Shown piece after piece: positions 28,003-36,360 of a stretch of 44,082 nt of DNA. Position 1 is the stretch's first letter, and each line of letters opens with the position of its first letter. The DNA comes from a virus. Its lineage: Duplodnaviria; Caudoviricetes. The DNA lies in the IMG/VR virus record IMGVR_UViG_3300002098_000009, positions 1 through 44,082 of that record. One strand, 5' to 3'. Under the pieces are notes generated by a model that saw nothing but the letters and a program-made list of their open reading frames with translations, was not told the origin of the DNA and did not search any database. A program made the position numbers and the translations under genes.

Positions 28003-28677
28003 TTACTGTGGAAGATTTGGATACATTGCCGAAGCAAGAGTTGGCCGTTGGGTCTGACCGGATTTGGACTGACCATGCGGCGAGGGACCAGCACCGGATA
28101 CGTTGGTGCCTTCATTAACAAGGCTAGCCAAAGCATTGAAAGCTTTAACAAAAGCAGGATTATCGCCGATGCCGTAGAGATTCATGGCTTCCTGAAACGG
28201 GGTACGAATTTCAGCGGGGATTTGATTCAAGGCCCGGCCGATATTAGTCTTGACTGCATCAATCTTCCCACCGATTTCTTTGTCGGCTTTAAGCTCGTTC
28301 CGCCACTGTTCCTGCATTTTGATGATACCGTCGTCAGTAGACTTCTTCATCGCAGTGAGTTCAGCGTTATGAAAATCTACCAGTTTCTGGGCAGCATCTT
28401 GTGAAAGCCCAAGTTCTTTGAAGATGGGGGTTGCACGCTCGATCGCGGCTGCGTCAAGCTGCTGACCTTCCGACGCGGCAAATTCGTATTTTTCTGGGAC
28501 ACCGTCGGTAGGTTTAGTGGTATCAACGGGGGCCTGTTCATCGGGCTTAGTTTCCGTCAATGGGGCTTTGGACTGATCGATGATTTCACCGGTCGTCGTC
28601 CTCGCCTCCGGGGTATTCGTCATGGGCGGTGTCGTCGTCGACGTTGTCGGCGTTGAGGGGATCACTGGCTCGTTCAT
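28003..28677 (-). CDS. capsid scaffolding protein
   Basis: VPEKYEF, KELGLSQDAAQKLVD, ASAMYP C-terminus; upstream of the MCP. Confidence 0.8.
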   Translation of the reverse strand: MNEPVIPSTPTTSTTTPPMTNTPEARTTTGEIIDQSKAPLTETKPDEQAPVDTTKPTDGVPEKYEFAASEGQQLDAAAIERATPIFKELGLSQDAAQKLVDFHNAELTAMKKSTDDGIIKMQEQWRNELKADKEIGGKIDAVKTNIGRALNQIPAEIRTPFQEAMNLYGIGDNPAFVKAFNALASLVNEGTNVSGAGPSPHGQSKSGQTQRPTLASAMYPNLPQ

Positions 28678-28978
28678 TTGAAATTTCCCGTATGTTTGCC
28701 TCTTCCATCATCGTGACAAAGTATCGCGGGCAATTCGATACTATGTCATTGTAGATTTGCAGTCCAATGTTTCGTTCACCTTTGGAATAGGCTTCGAGAA
28801 GAGCTTCACCTGTGAATGGATCGGCGAAGATATGACATTTGACGAGAAAATCATGAAACCAAGCGCGACCGGGTTGGGTGGACATTGCAGCAACAATGAA
28901 GTTAATCCGATCCGTTTCGCGAAGTTTGGCGAGTTTTTCGTATTTGCGAATATCTTTTCGTTCGCCCGCGTTGCGCAT
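28586..28978 (-). CDS. Bbp19-like head protein
   Basis: MSTQPGRAWFHDFL...AYSKGERNIGLQI. Confidence 0.75.
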   Translation of the reverse strand: MRNAGERKDIRKYEKLAKLRETDRINFIVAAMSTQPGRAWFHDFLVKCHIFADPFTGEALLEAYSKGERNIGLQIYNDIVSNCPRYFVTMMEEANIREISNERASDPLNADNVDDDTAHDEYPGGEDDDR

Positions 28979-29169
28979 TAGTTCAGCCTGTAAATGCCGG
29001 TGTGCTCAGTTTCGAATGAAACCCATTCATCTTCGGATACGCGAACTACGGCAGTCGCTGCAAGATCAGGATCGCTGGTTTCGTCGCCTTCAACAGTGAA
29101 CATGTTAGTTACCGGACAGAGTTCACCGTTGACCCAGATTGAACCAACCACTTTAAAATCAGGTTCCAC
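28978..29169 (-). CDS. hypothetical protein (63 aa, GTG start 29169)
   Basis: GGAGG RBS within the portal 3' end; PVTNMF..GDETSDPDLA; TAATG coupling downstream. Confidence 0.6.
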   Translation of the reverse strand: MEPDFKVVGSIWVNGELCPVTNMFTVEGDETSDPDLAATAVVRVSEDEWVSFETEHTGIYRLN

Positions 29170-30895
29170 CGCCGCCTCCTGTGAGAGCTTGCAAGGCATT
29201 TTGTCCTCCACCAACATCAGCCCCTGCAAGGTTCTTGGCACCTGCGGATAGTTGTTGTGCAATCTGCGCCTGCTGCGCCTGCTGCTGGGCTTGCGCCCGT
29301 TGCTGCCGAATCGCGGCCAAAGCGTCCGGACTTCTTATCATCTTAGGATCATTGTTTAGTAGGCTGGAGTATTTGTCAAGAGAATAATCCACGTCGATGT
29401 TGTCCATAGCCTCAGGAACAACGCCGACGATGTTACCAACTAGCGACAGGACTCGTTCAATGGAAGCAGCCTGCGTGGCTTGCTGGGCCTGAGCTAGCAT
29501 GGAGACAAATTCAATATTCATCATCCGACCCTGAATTTCAGGTGGCGCGGGTGGAAAGATTCCGGCGCGGTTGGCAATGGCAAATACACGTTCAAGAACG
29601 GGTTTGAGAACTTCGTTGTCGATGCGTTCCAACGCAGGACCAAGCATGATTAAAGATTCAGATTTACGCAGGTCCCATTCGACCGCGGTAACATTGGATC
29701 GGGTTTCGTATTGAGACGCAACTTTAAGAACGTCGTTGAAGAAGATTTGGGATAGCCGAGATTTTACTTCGGTCAGGTCCTGAGTGATTTCCTGTACCGG
29801 AAAATGCGTGTCGTATACCGAGGAAAATCCGGGTTTGCCGGAGGCGGTGTAACCAGAAACAAAAGTAATACCGCCGGGAGTTAGATTAGCTGGCTGGTTC
29901 TTAAGTTGAACGTCGGCGACCAGCGGAGGGTTGACCATTTTATCAATGGCTTGCGCCTTGCGCCGAGTTTCAAGTTGAAGTTGCTTCTGGTCGGGTAGAG
30001 CATCCATACCCGGCGAACGACCGTAAGGATCATTAGAAACTACGTCCCAGCGACCGGTGATATTTGGTTGCTCAAGAAATCCCCGCTTGCGGAGAAATCC
30101 CGGTGGACTGGCAGCACCGCCTTGGGGGGAAGTTGAACCGCCCCATTCCCAATAAGCTTCGCGGAAAGCAAAACGTTCGGGGATACCAAATTCTTTAGCG
30201 CGACCGTCGTCATTGGGTTCAATGGAATGTGCGACGATCAGTTCGCGGGTGAGATTGGCACCCTTGGGATCGTCATAAAGTTGCTGGATTGGGCCGGAAC
30301 AATTATCGTAACCGAACTCTTTGACACAGGCATCGACAGTCATAGTAAATTCGCGATAGAATACCGTCGGCCGATATTTACCGTCGATATCAATATAATA
30401 TTCACCAAGGCAGGGATTGATGCAATTAACGACATTTTCGAAATCTTCGTAGATCAGCATTGTCGCTGTACCGAAGATTACAAGATCGAAGTAGAACACT
30501 GCGATAGAGTTGTAAAAATTAGATTCGGCGAAGATTAAATAAAGCAAACGCTCGCACTCGGCAAGCCACAGGCTGACCGGAGAAGTCTGTGTTGAATCAA
30601 GGCGGCCGATTCGGAGGCGAAACCATGGTGTGGTTGGAGAAGATTTGCCTGAGACAAGACCTGACGCAAGATTGCGCGCATAAATACATGCCGATGAATC
30701 AAGAATATGTTGATTAATCGGGGCGCCGCGAGCCATTTGATTTGGTGTAATGAGCCATTTATACCGGCGCGGAAGGAAGTAATCCGCGAGTTCGCGCCAA
30801 TGTGTCCACGGTGAATAGCGGTTGACTCGCAGGCCAAGTAAACGACCTTCGGAATATGCGCGAAATTTAAGGTCAGTTTCCGATATGTTGGGCAT
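29159..30895 (-). CDS. portal (head-to-tail connector) protein
   Basis: WRELADYFLPRR, SNFYN, DLVIFGTA, PYGRSPGMDAL, TAVE...LGPALER, Gln-rich tail. Confidence 0.92.
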   Translation of the reverse strand: MPNISETDLKFRAYSEGRLLGLRVNRYSPWTHWRELADYFLPRRYKWLITPNQMARGAPINQHILDSSACIYARNLASGLVSGKSSPTTPWFRLRIGRLDSTQTSPVSLWLAECERLLYLIFAESNFYNSIAVFYFDLVIFGTATMLIYEDFENVVNCINPCLGEYYIDIDGKYRPTVFYREFTMTVDACVKEFGYDNCSGPIQQLYDDPKGANLTRELIVAHSIEPNDDGRAKEFGIPERFAFREAYWEWGGSTSPQGGAASPPGFLRKRGFLEQPNITGRWDVVSNDPYGRSPGMDALPDQKQLQLETRRKAQAIDKMVNPPLVADVQLKNQPANLTPGGITFVSGYTASGKPGFSSVYDTHFPVQEITQDLTEVKSRLSQIFFNDVLKVASQYETRSNVTAVEWDLRKSESLIMLGPALERIDNEVLKPVLERVFAIANRAGIFPPAPPEIQGRMMNIEFVSMLAQAQQATQAASIERVLSLVGNIVGVVPEAMDNIDVDYSLDKYSSLLNNDPKMIRSPDALAAIRQQRAQAQQQAQQAQIAQQLSAGAKNLAGADVGGGQNALQALTGGGGGT

Positions 30896-31058
30896 TTTGA
30901 TTCTCGGTCTGAGACTGCATTAACCGACCTTCGGAATGCATTTGAGCCGCCGCCATGAGTTCAAATTCAGGCTTTACTGGCGGAAGCTGTGGCTGGATTA
31001 CTTGGCTTTGGGATTGTTGCGCATTGCGCTTGGGTCTGGAAAGAGGAACAACGGGCAT
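30873..31058 (-). CDS. hypothetical protein (61 aa)
   Basis: ELMAAAQMHSEGRL; packed between its neighbours. Confidence 0.6.
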   Translation of the reverse strand: MPVVPLSRPKRNAQQSQSQVIQPQLPPVKPEFELMAAAQMHSEGRLMQSQTENQNAQHIGN

Positions 31059-31060
31059 GG

Positions 31061-31342
31061 TTATTGCCCCAAGAGAGTTTTGTTTGAGGTATTTTGTTGC
31101 ATCGGAGTGGCAGCTGATGCAAGGAAACTCGGCGGCGCGGCAGGTTTGTTTGTGGACGGTGTTCCGGTCGGAGATTGTGCCGGTGCAGGCGGTGCTGGTG
31201 CAGAAGGGGCTGAAGGTTTAGAGCCAAGACTGGAAAGTAGTGTACCTCCTGCAAGACCAGCGAGTCCGGCGGCTCCGGCAGATGAACCAAGAAATGATCC
31301 GATGCCAGAAATGGCGGCACCGATTGAAATTGGATCAACCAT
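31061..31342 (-). CDS. small Gly/Pro-rich virion protein ending KTLLGQ (start ATG 31342)
   Basis: Typical pre-portal podophage protein: hydrophobic Gly-rich N-terminus, Pro linker, TLLG C-terminus. Confidence 0.7.
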   Translation of the reverse strand: MVDPISIGAAISGIGSFLGSSAGAAGLAGLAGGTLLSSLGSKPSAPSAPAPPAPAQSPTGTPSTNKPAAPPSFLASAATPMQQNTSNKTLLGQ

Positions 31343-31343
31343 G

Positions 31344-32849
31344 TTAAGCATCCATCCGTTCAGAGGAATGCGGGTCCCATTCAGTGATGATTTCAGACTT
31401 GTGTGGATAGTCACCGCCGGCGAGGGTATTAGGATTCAGCGGATGAGCGAAGGTTAGGACTAGAGCGTCGATATCATCCAGCGAAATACCATTACCATCC
31501 TCGTCCACCAAATCTTCTTTACGTTCAAGAATGATTTCGTCTTTGACGTTGAAAGTGTAGCGGATTGCCAGCATCTGCCTGCGGAGCTCAGGGTCTGGCG
31601 GAAGTGCACCACCTTTGAGCCACGCTCGACAGGCTCCATACATTGCAGCCCGATTGTTTGCGTATTTCTCACCGGCATTACCCCACACAGTGTTGTAGAT
31701 TACATCTTTTCCGCCGAATTGAACTTCATAGCAGAACAGGCGCTTGTTGCGAACTTGATCCACAACGCCACCGCCAACACCACCACCGTCAATCATTATG
31801 CCGTCGGAGTGATAGCGAAAATGAGCTTGAAGAACGGCATCGGATAGTTGAGTTGTGGAATATCCGTTAAAACGTTCGCGAGCGATGGTGCGGGCATCGC
31901 GGCCCTTACGTGGGAAAATAACCGAGGCATTAGCGCCGAATCGGGCGACGTCGACACCAAGGGCCAATGGATCAGTTTTGTCAACGTAGACTTCTCGAGT
32001 CATAGCCTCATCGATTTCGGCCGCGGAAAAGAATTCCATCAGGCCTTTACGAGGGAATTGGCCAAGAACACGAACGCGCACAAAGTCAGAGTCGAGGCCA
32101 TAAGCTTCGATCCAGTTGTTCAGGCGGGCTTTATTGGTGACTCGAACATCGCGTGAATCGATCTGGCGATGACGCCATTGCTTTGCAAATTTGCCACCTT
32201 CGAAACACTCGCGGAATCGACCAGAGTTTTTAGTTGGGTTGCCGAAGATAAGCCAGAGGATTTCGGTGTCAGAATCGGTCAGCGCACCTTCGGCGGTTTC
32301 ATAGATGATATCTGGAATTTCAGAACCTTCGTCGAAGATTAGGAGGATTCGCTTGCCTTGGTTATGAAGACCCGCGAAGGCCGCCGGGTTCTTCTCTGAC
32401 CAAGGGATCATGTCGATGCGCCAAGTACGTTCACGGTCAGGGTCTTTGGAGAACAGACCTGTGGCTGTAAGGTTGTAATGATCGCGAGCGAACCAACAAA
32501 GATTAAACCATTTACCAAGTTCAGCCCATGTTTTGGTTTTAAGCTGAGTTTCGGTGTTGGCTGTAATGACTCCGCGAGTGTCGGGGTAGGTGCAGAACGC
32601 CCACATGATGATCCACGCCACAGTGGCGGATTTGCCGATGCCGTGGCCGGAGGCGATGGCGATTTGCACGGCGGTTTCGGTATCGACAATCCCATCGCGG
32701 ATCATATTCATGAGATCGCAGGACCATTCATCAGGGCCGGAGAATTTCTCAAGAACTGTGCCGGGCTCGCCCCAAGGATAGGCGCCGAGGGTGAACGCGA
32801 GAGGATCGCCCCGAACTTCTGCCAGCCATGCGAATAGGTCTTGGTTCAT
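31344..32849 (-). CDS. terL: terminase large subunit
   Basis: Walker A SGHGIGKS, Walker B LIFDEG, motif III GNPT, nuclease GVDVARFG...IDGGGVG...DDIDALVLTFA. Confidence 0.95.
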   Translation of the reverse strand: MNQDLFAWLAEVRGDPLAFTLGAYPWGEPGTVLEKFSGPDEWSCDLMNMIRDGIVDTETAVQIAIASGHGIGKSATVAWIIMWAFCTYPDTRGVITANTETQLKTKTWAELGKWFNLCWFARDHYNLTATGLFSKDPDRERTWRIDMIPWSEKNPAAFAGLHNQGKRILLIFDEGSEIPDIIYETAEGALTDSDTEILWLIFGNPTKNSGRFRECFEGGKFAKQWRHRQIDSRDVRVTNKARLNNWIEAYGLDSDFVRVRVLGQFPRKGLMEFFSAAEIDEAMTREVYVDKTDPLALGVDVARFGANASVIFPRKGRDARTIARERFNGYSTTQLSDAVLQAHFRYHSDGIMIDGGGVGGGVVDQVRNKRLFCYEVQFGGKDVIYNTVWGNAGEKYANNRAAMYGACRAWLKGGALPPDPELRRQMLAIRYTFNVKDEIILERKEDLVDEDGNGISLDDIDALVLTFAHPLNPNTLAGGDYPHKSEIITEWDPHSSERMDA

Positions 32850-34471
32850 TTACCCATCACCGTCCAAGCAGACCCATTGCAGTTGACTGTGTAGTAGGTG
32901 GAAGCGCCGCCGGTTACTGTTGCGCCCCACGCGAGAGCCCCGGTTCCATCCGAGACGGCTTTGAGTGTGCCCTTCGCGCCGGAGTTGCACGTCCCGAGCG
33001 CCGCGACTGTCGTTGGTGTCAACAATAGAGACGGGGCAGAAATTTGTCCGACAATGCTGAGACTCCCATTGTTGGAAACATCAAACGTGGCGATGTCTCG
33101 CGTCCCGTTAAAAAGAGCGAGCCCTGTCCCTGAAGCATTGTACCATTGCAGATTCTCGCCCGACCCTGTGCGCGAATTGGCAACGAGGCCCCCATTTGCG
33201 CCACTCGCGGCGATGCTTCCCCCGAGAAGATTGCCGGTCCCGTCAACGCAGAACTGAAAGGTTTTAATGGCGCAACCGGTGAACGTGACGTTGGAAAAAT
33301 CAATGCCGTGAAGCGCGCCCGGCAGGAATGCAACCGGATTCGCGGCGTAGATAAGACGGCCTGTCGTTGCCTCGATAGGCCAGTAGCTATCCTCTCGACC
33401 AATGGAAATGCCAACCTTCACGCCGACATTCGAGGCGCTGTCGCTCGTCAGCGCGAGAAGGCTGTCATGCACCGCACCCTGTATCTTGTCATTTCCACTG
33501 CCATCTCCACCAGAAACGAGGGACAGTGCTGATTTGACGGCGACCGAAGATGCGGTCATCGCCATCACGTCGATCTCGGAACCAAGCCCTTGCAGGTTCG
33601 TCGCGCCTGAATGGGCGGTGCTGATCGCGCCCATTGCGTAGAAGTTCCCCTTAGAGTTGGCGAGGCTTGTTCCCGTCCCACCATCGGCGGAATAAACATC
33701 CATGTGAGGGAACGCGGACGTGTAAAATCTCGCCGGGTTGAGCGCATCCGACGCCCCGTTGAAAGTCGTAAAAAGGCTGAGCCCTGTCTGCGCACCACTC
33801 GCACCAGCGTTGATCGCGTGGTTCATCTTGACGGCGATATTTTCAGCCGCCGTGTCTTTTATGGTGGATGTCGTGTTGAACAGGTACACATTCGAGTCAG
33901 CAGCACTACTCGTGCCGGACAACCCGCCAGAAAAGAGCCCCCCGTAAGGTAGCCACGATTTGACTCCGGTCTGTTGAAGCACGCTCGTCCCGTTGATATT
34001 GTACGACAACCCCGATGACAGATTCACGTCGCCCGTAAACGTGTCGCCCGTCTTATTCACCGGGAAGGAGTTCAGCATCCATTGCTGGTAGATACCGGAA
34101 TATTGATATGTTGCGGCGATCCCGCTGGCGGTGACGCATGCTGCGGGTCCACCGGCTGCGACTGTATCGGGCGAGGTTGCGACAACGGTGATTGTACCGA
34201 CAGCACCACCGAGGCAACCGATGGATATAAGCTGACCATCGAATGCTGGGAAGGGCATGTTGACGGTCCAGCTGGTGATGTCGCCAACTGCGTAGACATT
34301 GATGTTGGCCGGGTTCGCGGCTTGATGGACGGTGGTTGATACCGTCCCGCCGGATTGGACGTAGATCGCGCCGGTGGCATAGACAGGCGGGTTTAGATAG
34401 CCTTGGGCCCACGCAAGAGTCGTGGTGATAAGGACCAATGCGAAAGTGCTAAGAAAAATTCGCTTGCGCAT
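32846..34471 (-). CDS. tail-fibre-like protein with Sec signal peptide, located between terS and terL
   Basis: MRKRIFLSTFALVLITTTLAWA|Q; VNKTGDTFTG fibre motif; C-terminal TVAALGTC...VSDG...VTGG...CNGSAW fibre-tip-like domain. Confidence 0.75.
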   Translation of the reverse strand: MRKRIFLSTFALVLITTTLAWAQGYLNPPVYATGAIYVQSGGTVSTTVHQAANPANINVYAVGDITSWTVNMPFPAFDGQLISIGCLGGAVGTITVVATSPDTVAAGGPAACVTASGIAATYQYSGIYQQWMLNSFPVNKTGDTFTGDVNLSSGLSYNINGTSVLQQTGVKSWLPYGGLFSGGLSGTSSAADSNVYLFNTTSTIKDTAAENIAVKMNHAINAGASGAQTGLSLFTTFNGASDALNPARFYTSAFPHMDVYSADGGTGTSLANSKGNFYAMGAISTAHSGATNLQGLGSEIDVMAMTASSVAVKSALSLVSGGDGSGNDKIQGAVHDSLLALTSDSASNVGVKVGISIGREDSYWPIEATTGRLIYAANPVAFLPGALHGIDFSNVTFTGCAIKTFQFCVDGTGNLLGGSIAASGANGGLVANSRTGSGENLQWYNASGTGLALFNGTRDIATFDVSNNGSLSIVGQISAPSLLLTPTTVAALGTCNSGAKGTLKAVSDGTGALAWGATVTGGASTYYTVNCNGSAWTVMGK

Positions 34472-34479
34472 AGGGGACC

Positions 34480-34836
34480 TCAGTAGTAAGAGACAGTAAT
34501 ATCACCTGCGGCGGTAGCAGTAACAATGGTTAGACCGGTTGTGAAATTTACGTCAAAAATCGCGCAGCCTTGGATGCTTGCGTAGGAAGTTATCGTGCCG
34601 ATCTTGGTTCCGGACGCGGCGGTGTTGTCGTAGATGGTAATGGTTTCAGTCGCGGCCGGGGTATCGATGCAGATGGTATGGAGGATACCCGGCCCGGATT
34701 TGACAACGATGGTTGCGTCGGTGGTAATGTTGACGTATTTATACGCGGTAATCACTAGCTGCGGTGAACCGAAAGTCTGGGCGAAAGCTGAGGTCGCAAA
34801 TAATGCGGCGAAGATTGCTGCGAGGATGCGTGACAT
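34480..34836 (-). CDS. small beta-sandwich virion-type protein with Sec signal peptide (start ATG 34836)
   Basis: GGAGG RBS; MSRILAAIFAALFATSAFA|Q; YVNITTDATIVVKSGPGILHTI...TIYDNTAASGTKI. Confidence 0.75.
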   Translation of the reverse strand: MSRILAAIFAALFATSAFAQTFGSPQLVITAYKYVNITTDATIVVKSGPGILHTICIDTPAATETITIYDNTAASGTKIGTITSYASIQGCAIFDVNFTTGLTIVTATAAGDITVSYY

Positions 34837-34859
34837 AGTGGCCTCCGAAAATGAAAATC

Positions 34860-34951
34860 CCCCGGCCACTCAAGCGGGTACCAAGCCTAATACCTACGAG
34901 TAGCCGGGGGATAATTCAGTGGAACAGCCGGCAAAAAAGCCCCACTGAATA
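34860..34951 (-). promoter_or_regulatory. two hairpins between terS and the signal-peptide genes (attenuator or processing elements)
   Basis: CCCGGCCACTC...GAGTAGCCGGG and ATTCAGTGG...CCACTGAAT inverted repeats. Confidence 0.4.
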
Positions 34952-34953
34952 GG

Positions 34954-35496
34954 TTATTCTTCGATCTGTTTGATTTGCCGGGACCGTGCGATGGCTTTCT
35001 CGAGGTTGGCCGCGAAGTCTACGTTGTAGTTGATCGACGCGGATTTCTTGTGGTAGCCGACGCGATCGGCGGAAGAGTCAGCGATTGCAATTAGCCGCTG
35101 GAGCGGGATGGGTTCGTTGGATTCTTCGGCTTCGTCAAGGGCATCGTTGATTAGTCGCCAAGATTTGATGCCCGCGGAATAGACGAACTCGTTGTATTGG
35201 TCGATAGATTCTTTCCACGATTGATCGGCCATTTCGCGGTATTTGGCGATAAGTTCTTGCATGGCCGGAGAGTTCTTGAGGATGCTCACGCGAGTTGGAG
35301 TGTAGCCAACTCGGCGAGCAATTTCGGAATTGGGGAGGCCGGAGGCGATCAGCCGGGCGACCACATGGTGGGAATCCCGAAGTTTCTTGATTCCGATTTT
35401 GGCCGAAGGTTGGCGCAGGTATTCGACGTCAGCCCGGTCAAGCGGACGGACTTCGAGAACATAGGCCGAAGCTGGCCTGCGATGTTGGAGGGTCAT
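34954..35496 (-). CDS. terS: terminase small subunit (putative)
   Basis: N-terminal HTH (GLPNSEIARRVGYTPTRVSIL), helical core, ADRVGY motif; upstream of terL. Confidence 0.7.
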   Translation of the reverse strand: MTLQHRRPASAYVLEVRPLDRADVEYLRQPSAKIGIKKLRDSHHVVARLIASGLPNSEIARRVGYTPTRVSILKNSPAMQELIAKYREMADQSWKESIDQYNEFVYSAGIKSWRLINDALDEAEESNEPIPLQRLIAIADSSADRVGYHKKSASINYNVDFAANLEKAIARSRQIKQIEE

Positions 35497-35819
35497 TATA
35501 TCCTCCGAACAATTGGAGTTGAAACAGGGACTAGGTGGGCCAAGGGAACATTACCTCGGGGAGAATGCTCCAAGACTAAAGCCGCGTGTACCGCGTCGAT
35601 TGCATCAGGATGCACCGGCTGAATTTGAACTCGATCGAAGACAACTCCGGGGATCGGCATCCAAGGCGCCGCGGATTTTTTGCCCAAAGATCGGTGCATC
35701 ATGATCCGCGCCAACATCGGCCCCCGCGCCTTGCCGATGTATTCCACGCGCCCGCGATAGGACAGGATATAAATCCCGCCTTTGAGAATTTCGCTGACGT
35801 CGGTAAACCCCGGTTCCAC
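35496..35819 (-). CDS. GIY-YIG nuclease-like protein ending PIVRRI (GTG start 35819 preferred)
   Basis: GGIYIL...VEYIGKA...ARIMMH; GGAG RBS before GTG 35819. Confidence 0.7.
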   Translation of the reverse strand: MEPGFTDVSEILKGGIYILSYRGRVEYIGKARGPMLARIMMHRSLGKKSAAPWMPIPGVVFDRVQIQPVHPDAIDAVHAALVLEHSPRGNVPLAHLVPVSTPIVRRI

Positions 35820-35845
35820 AGGCCCAATCTCCAATTTACAATTCC

Positions 35846-35904
35846 ATTGAAACACAAATCCTTCCCGAAGTCAAGCGGATAATTTTTTGGTGTATGATAC
35901 ACCA
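35846..35904 (-). promoter_or_regulatory. putative late promoter with upstream palindromic operator
   Basis: TTGACT-N17-TTCAAT on the - strand; perfect inverted repeat TGGTGTA-TGA-TACACCA at 35888-35904 in an AT-rich context. Confidence 0.45.
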
Positions 35905-36031
35905 GATTGAAATTTTTTATTTCGGGGGACGAAGTGGTTTGGGCGCCGCGGGAAGCCCAAATTTTGGCCCCCGGTGGGTGGCCGGGGGCCTTACAGATCG
36001 AGAAGTGATCGAGGGATAGGCTAGGGAGGGA

Positions 36032-36286
36032 TTATCCCTCGGACTTAGTGGTAAACTCGGAGGCGTGAGCCTTGACGAAGGCTTGAATCTCCGGCCATGC
36101 GGAGTTGAGCTTATCGAATTGGGACTTGTAGAGAGTGATCGGGAAACGCCCCATGCCATAGATGGAGAGCGCGCCCTTGGCGGAGACTTTCAGGGTTAGC
36201 TTGCCAGTCTTAGCAGCGGCGAGGGCTTCGATAATGGCGATGAGCTCGGCGGGGGATTTGGCGGAAAGATCGGGAAGAGTGGCCAT
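36032..36286 (-). CDS. conserved small protein (84 aa, start ATG 36286), possibly DNA-binding
   Basis: GGAG RBS; LKVSAKGALSIYGMGRFPITLYKSQF motif recalled from conserved hypothetical proteins. Confidence 0.75.
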   Translation of the reverse strand: MATLPDLSAKSPAELIAIIEALAAAKTGKLTLKVSAKGALSIYGMGRFPITLYKSQFDKLNSAWPEIQAFVKAHASEFTTKSEG

Positions 36287-36331
36287 GGGGAAAGTCTCCA
36301 ATGTTGCGGCGGTAGCGCCGTTGACGTGAAC

Positions 36332-36360
36332 AACATCGCATGGTCCGGGGATCGGGTCAA
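36332..36360 (-). promoter_or_regulatory. putative leftward sigma70-type promoter
   Basis: TTGACC-N17-GATGTT on the - strand upstream of ATG 36286. Confidence 0.45.

Noticed and set aside
22837-34471. Diversity-generating retroelement, suggested by the BPP-1-like structural genes
   Set aside because: No reverse transcriptase motif and no template/variable repeat pair seen
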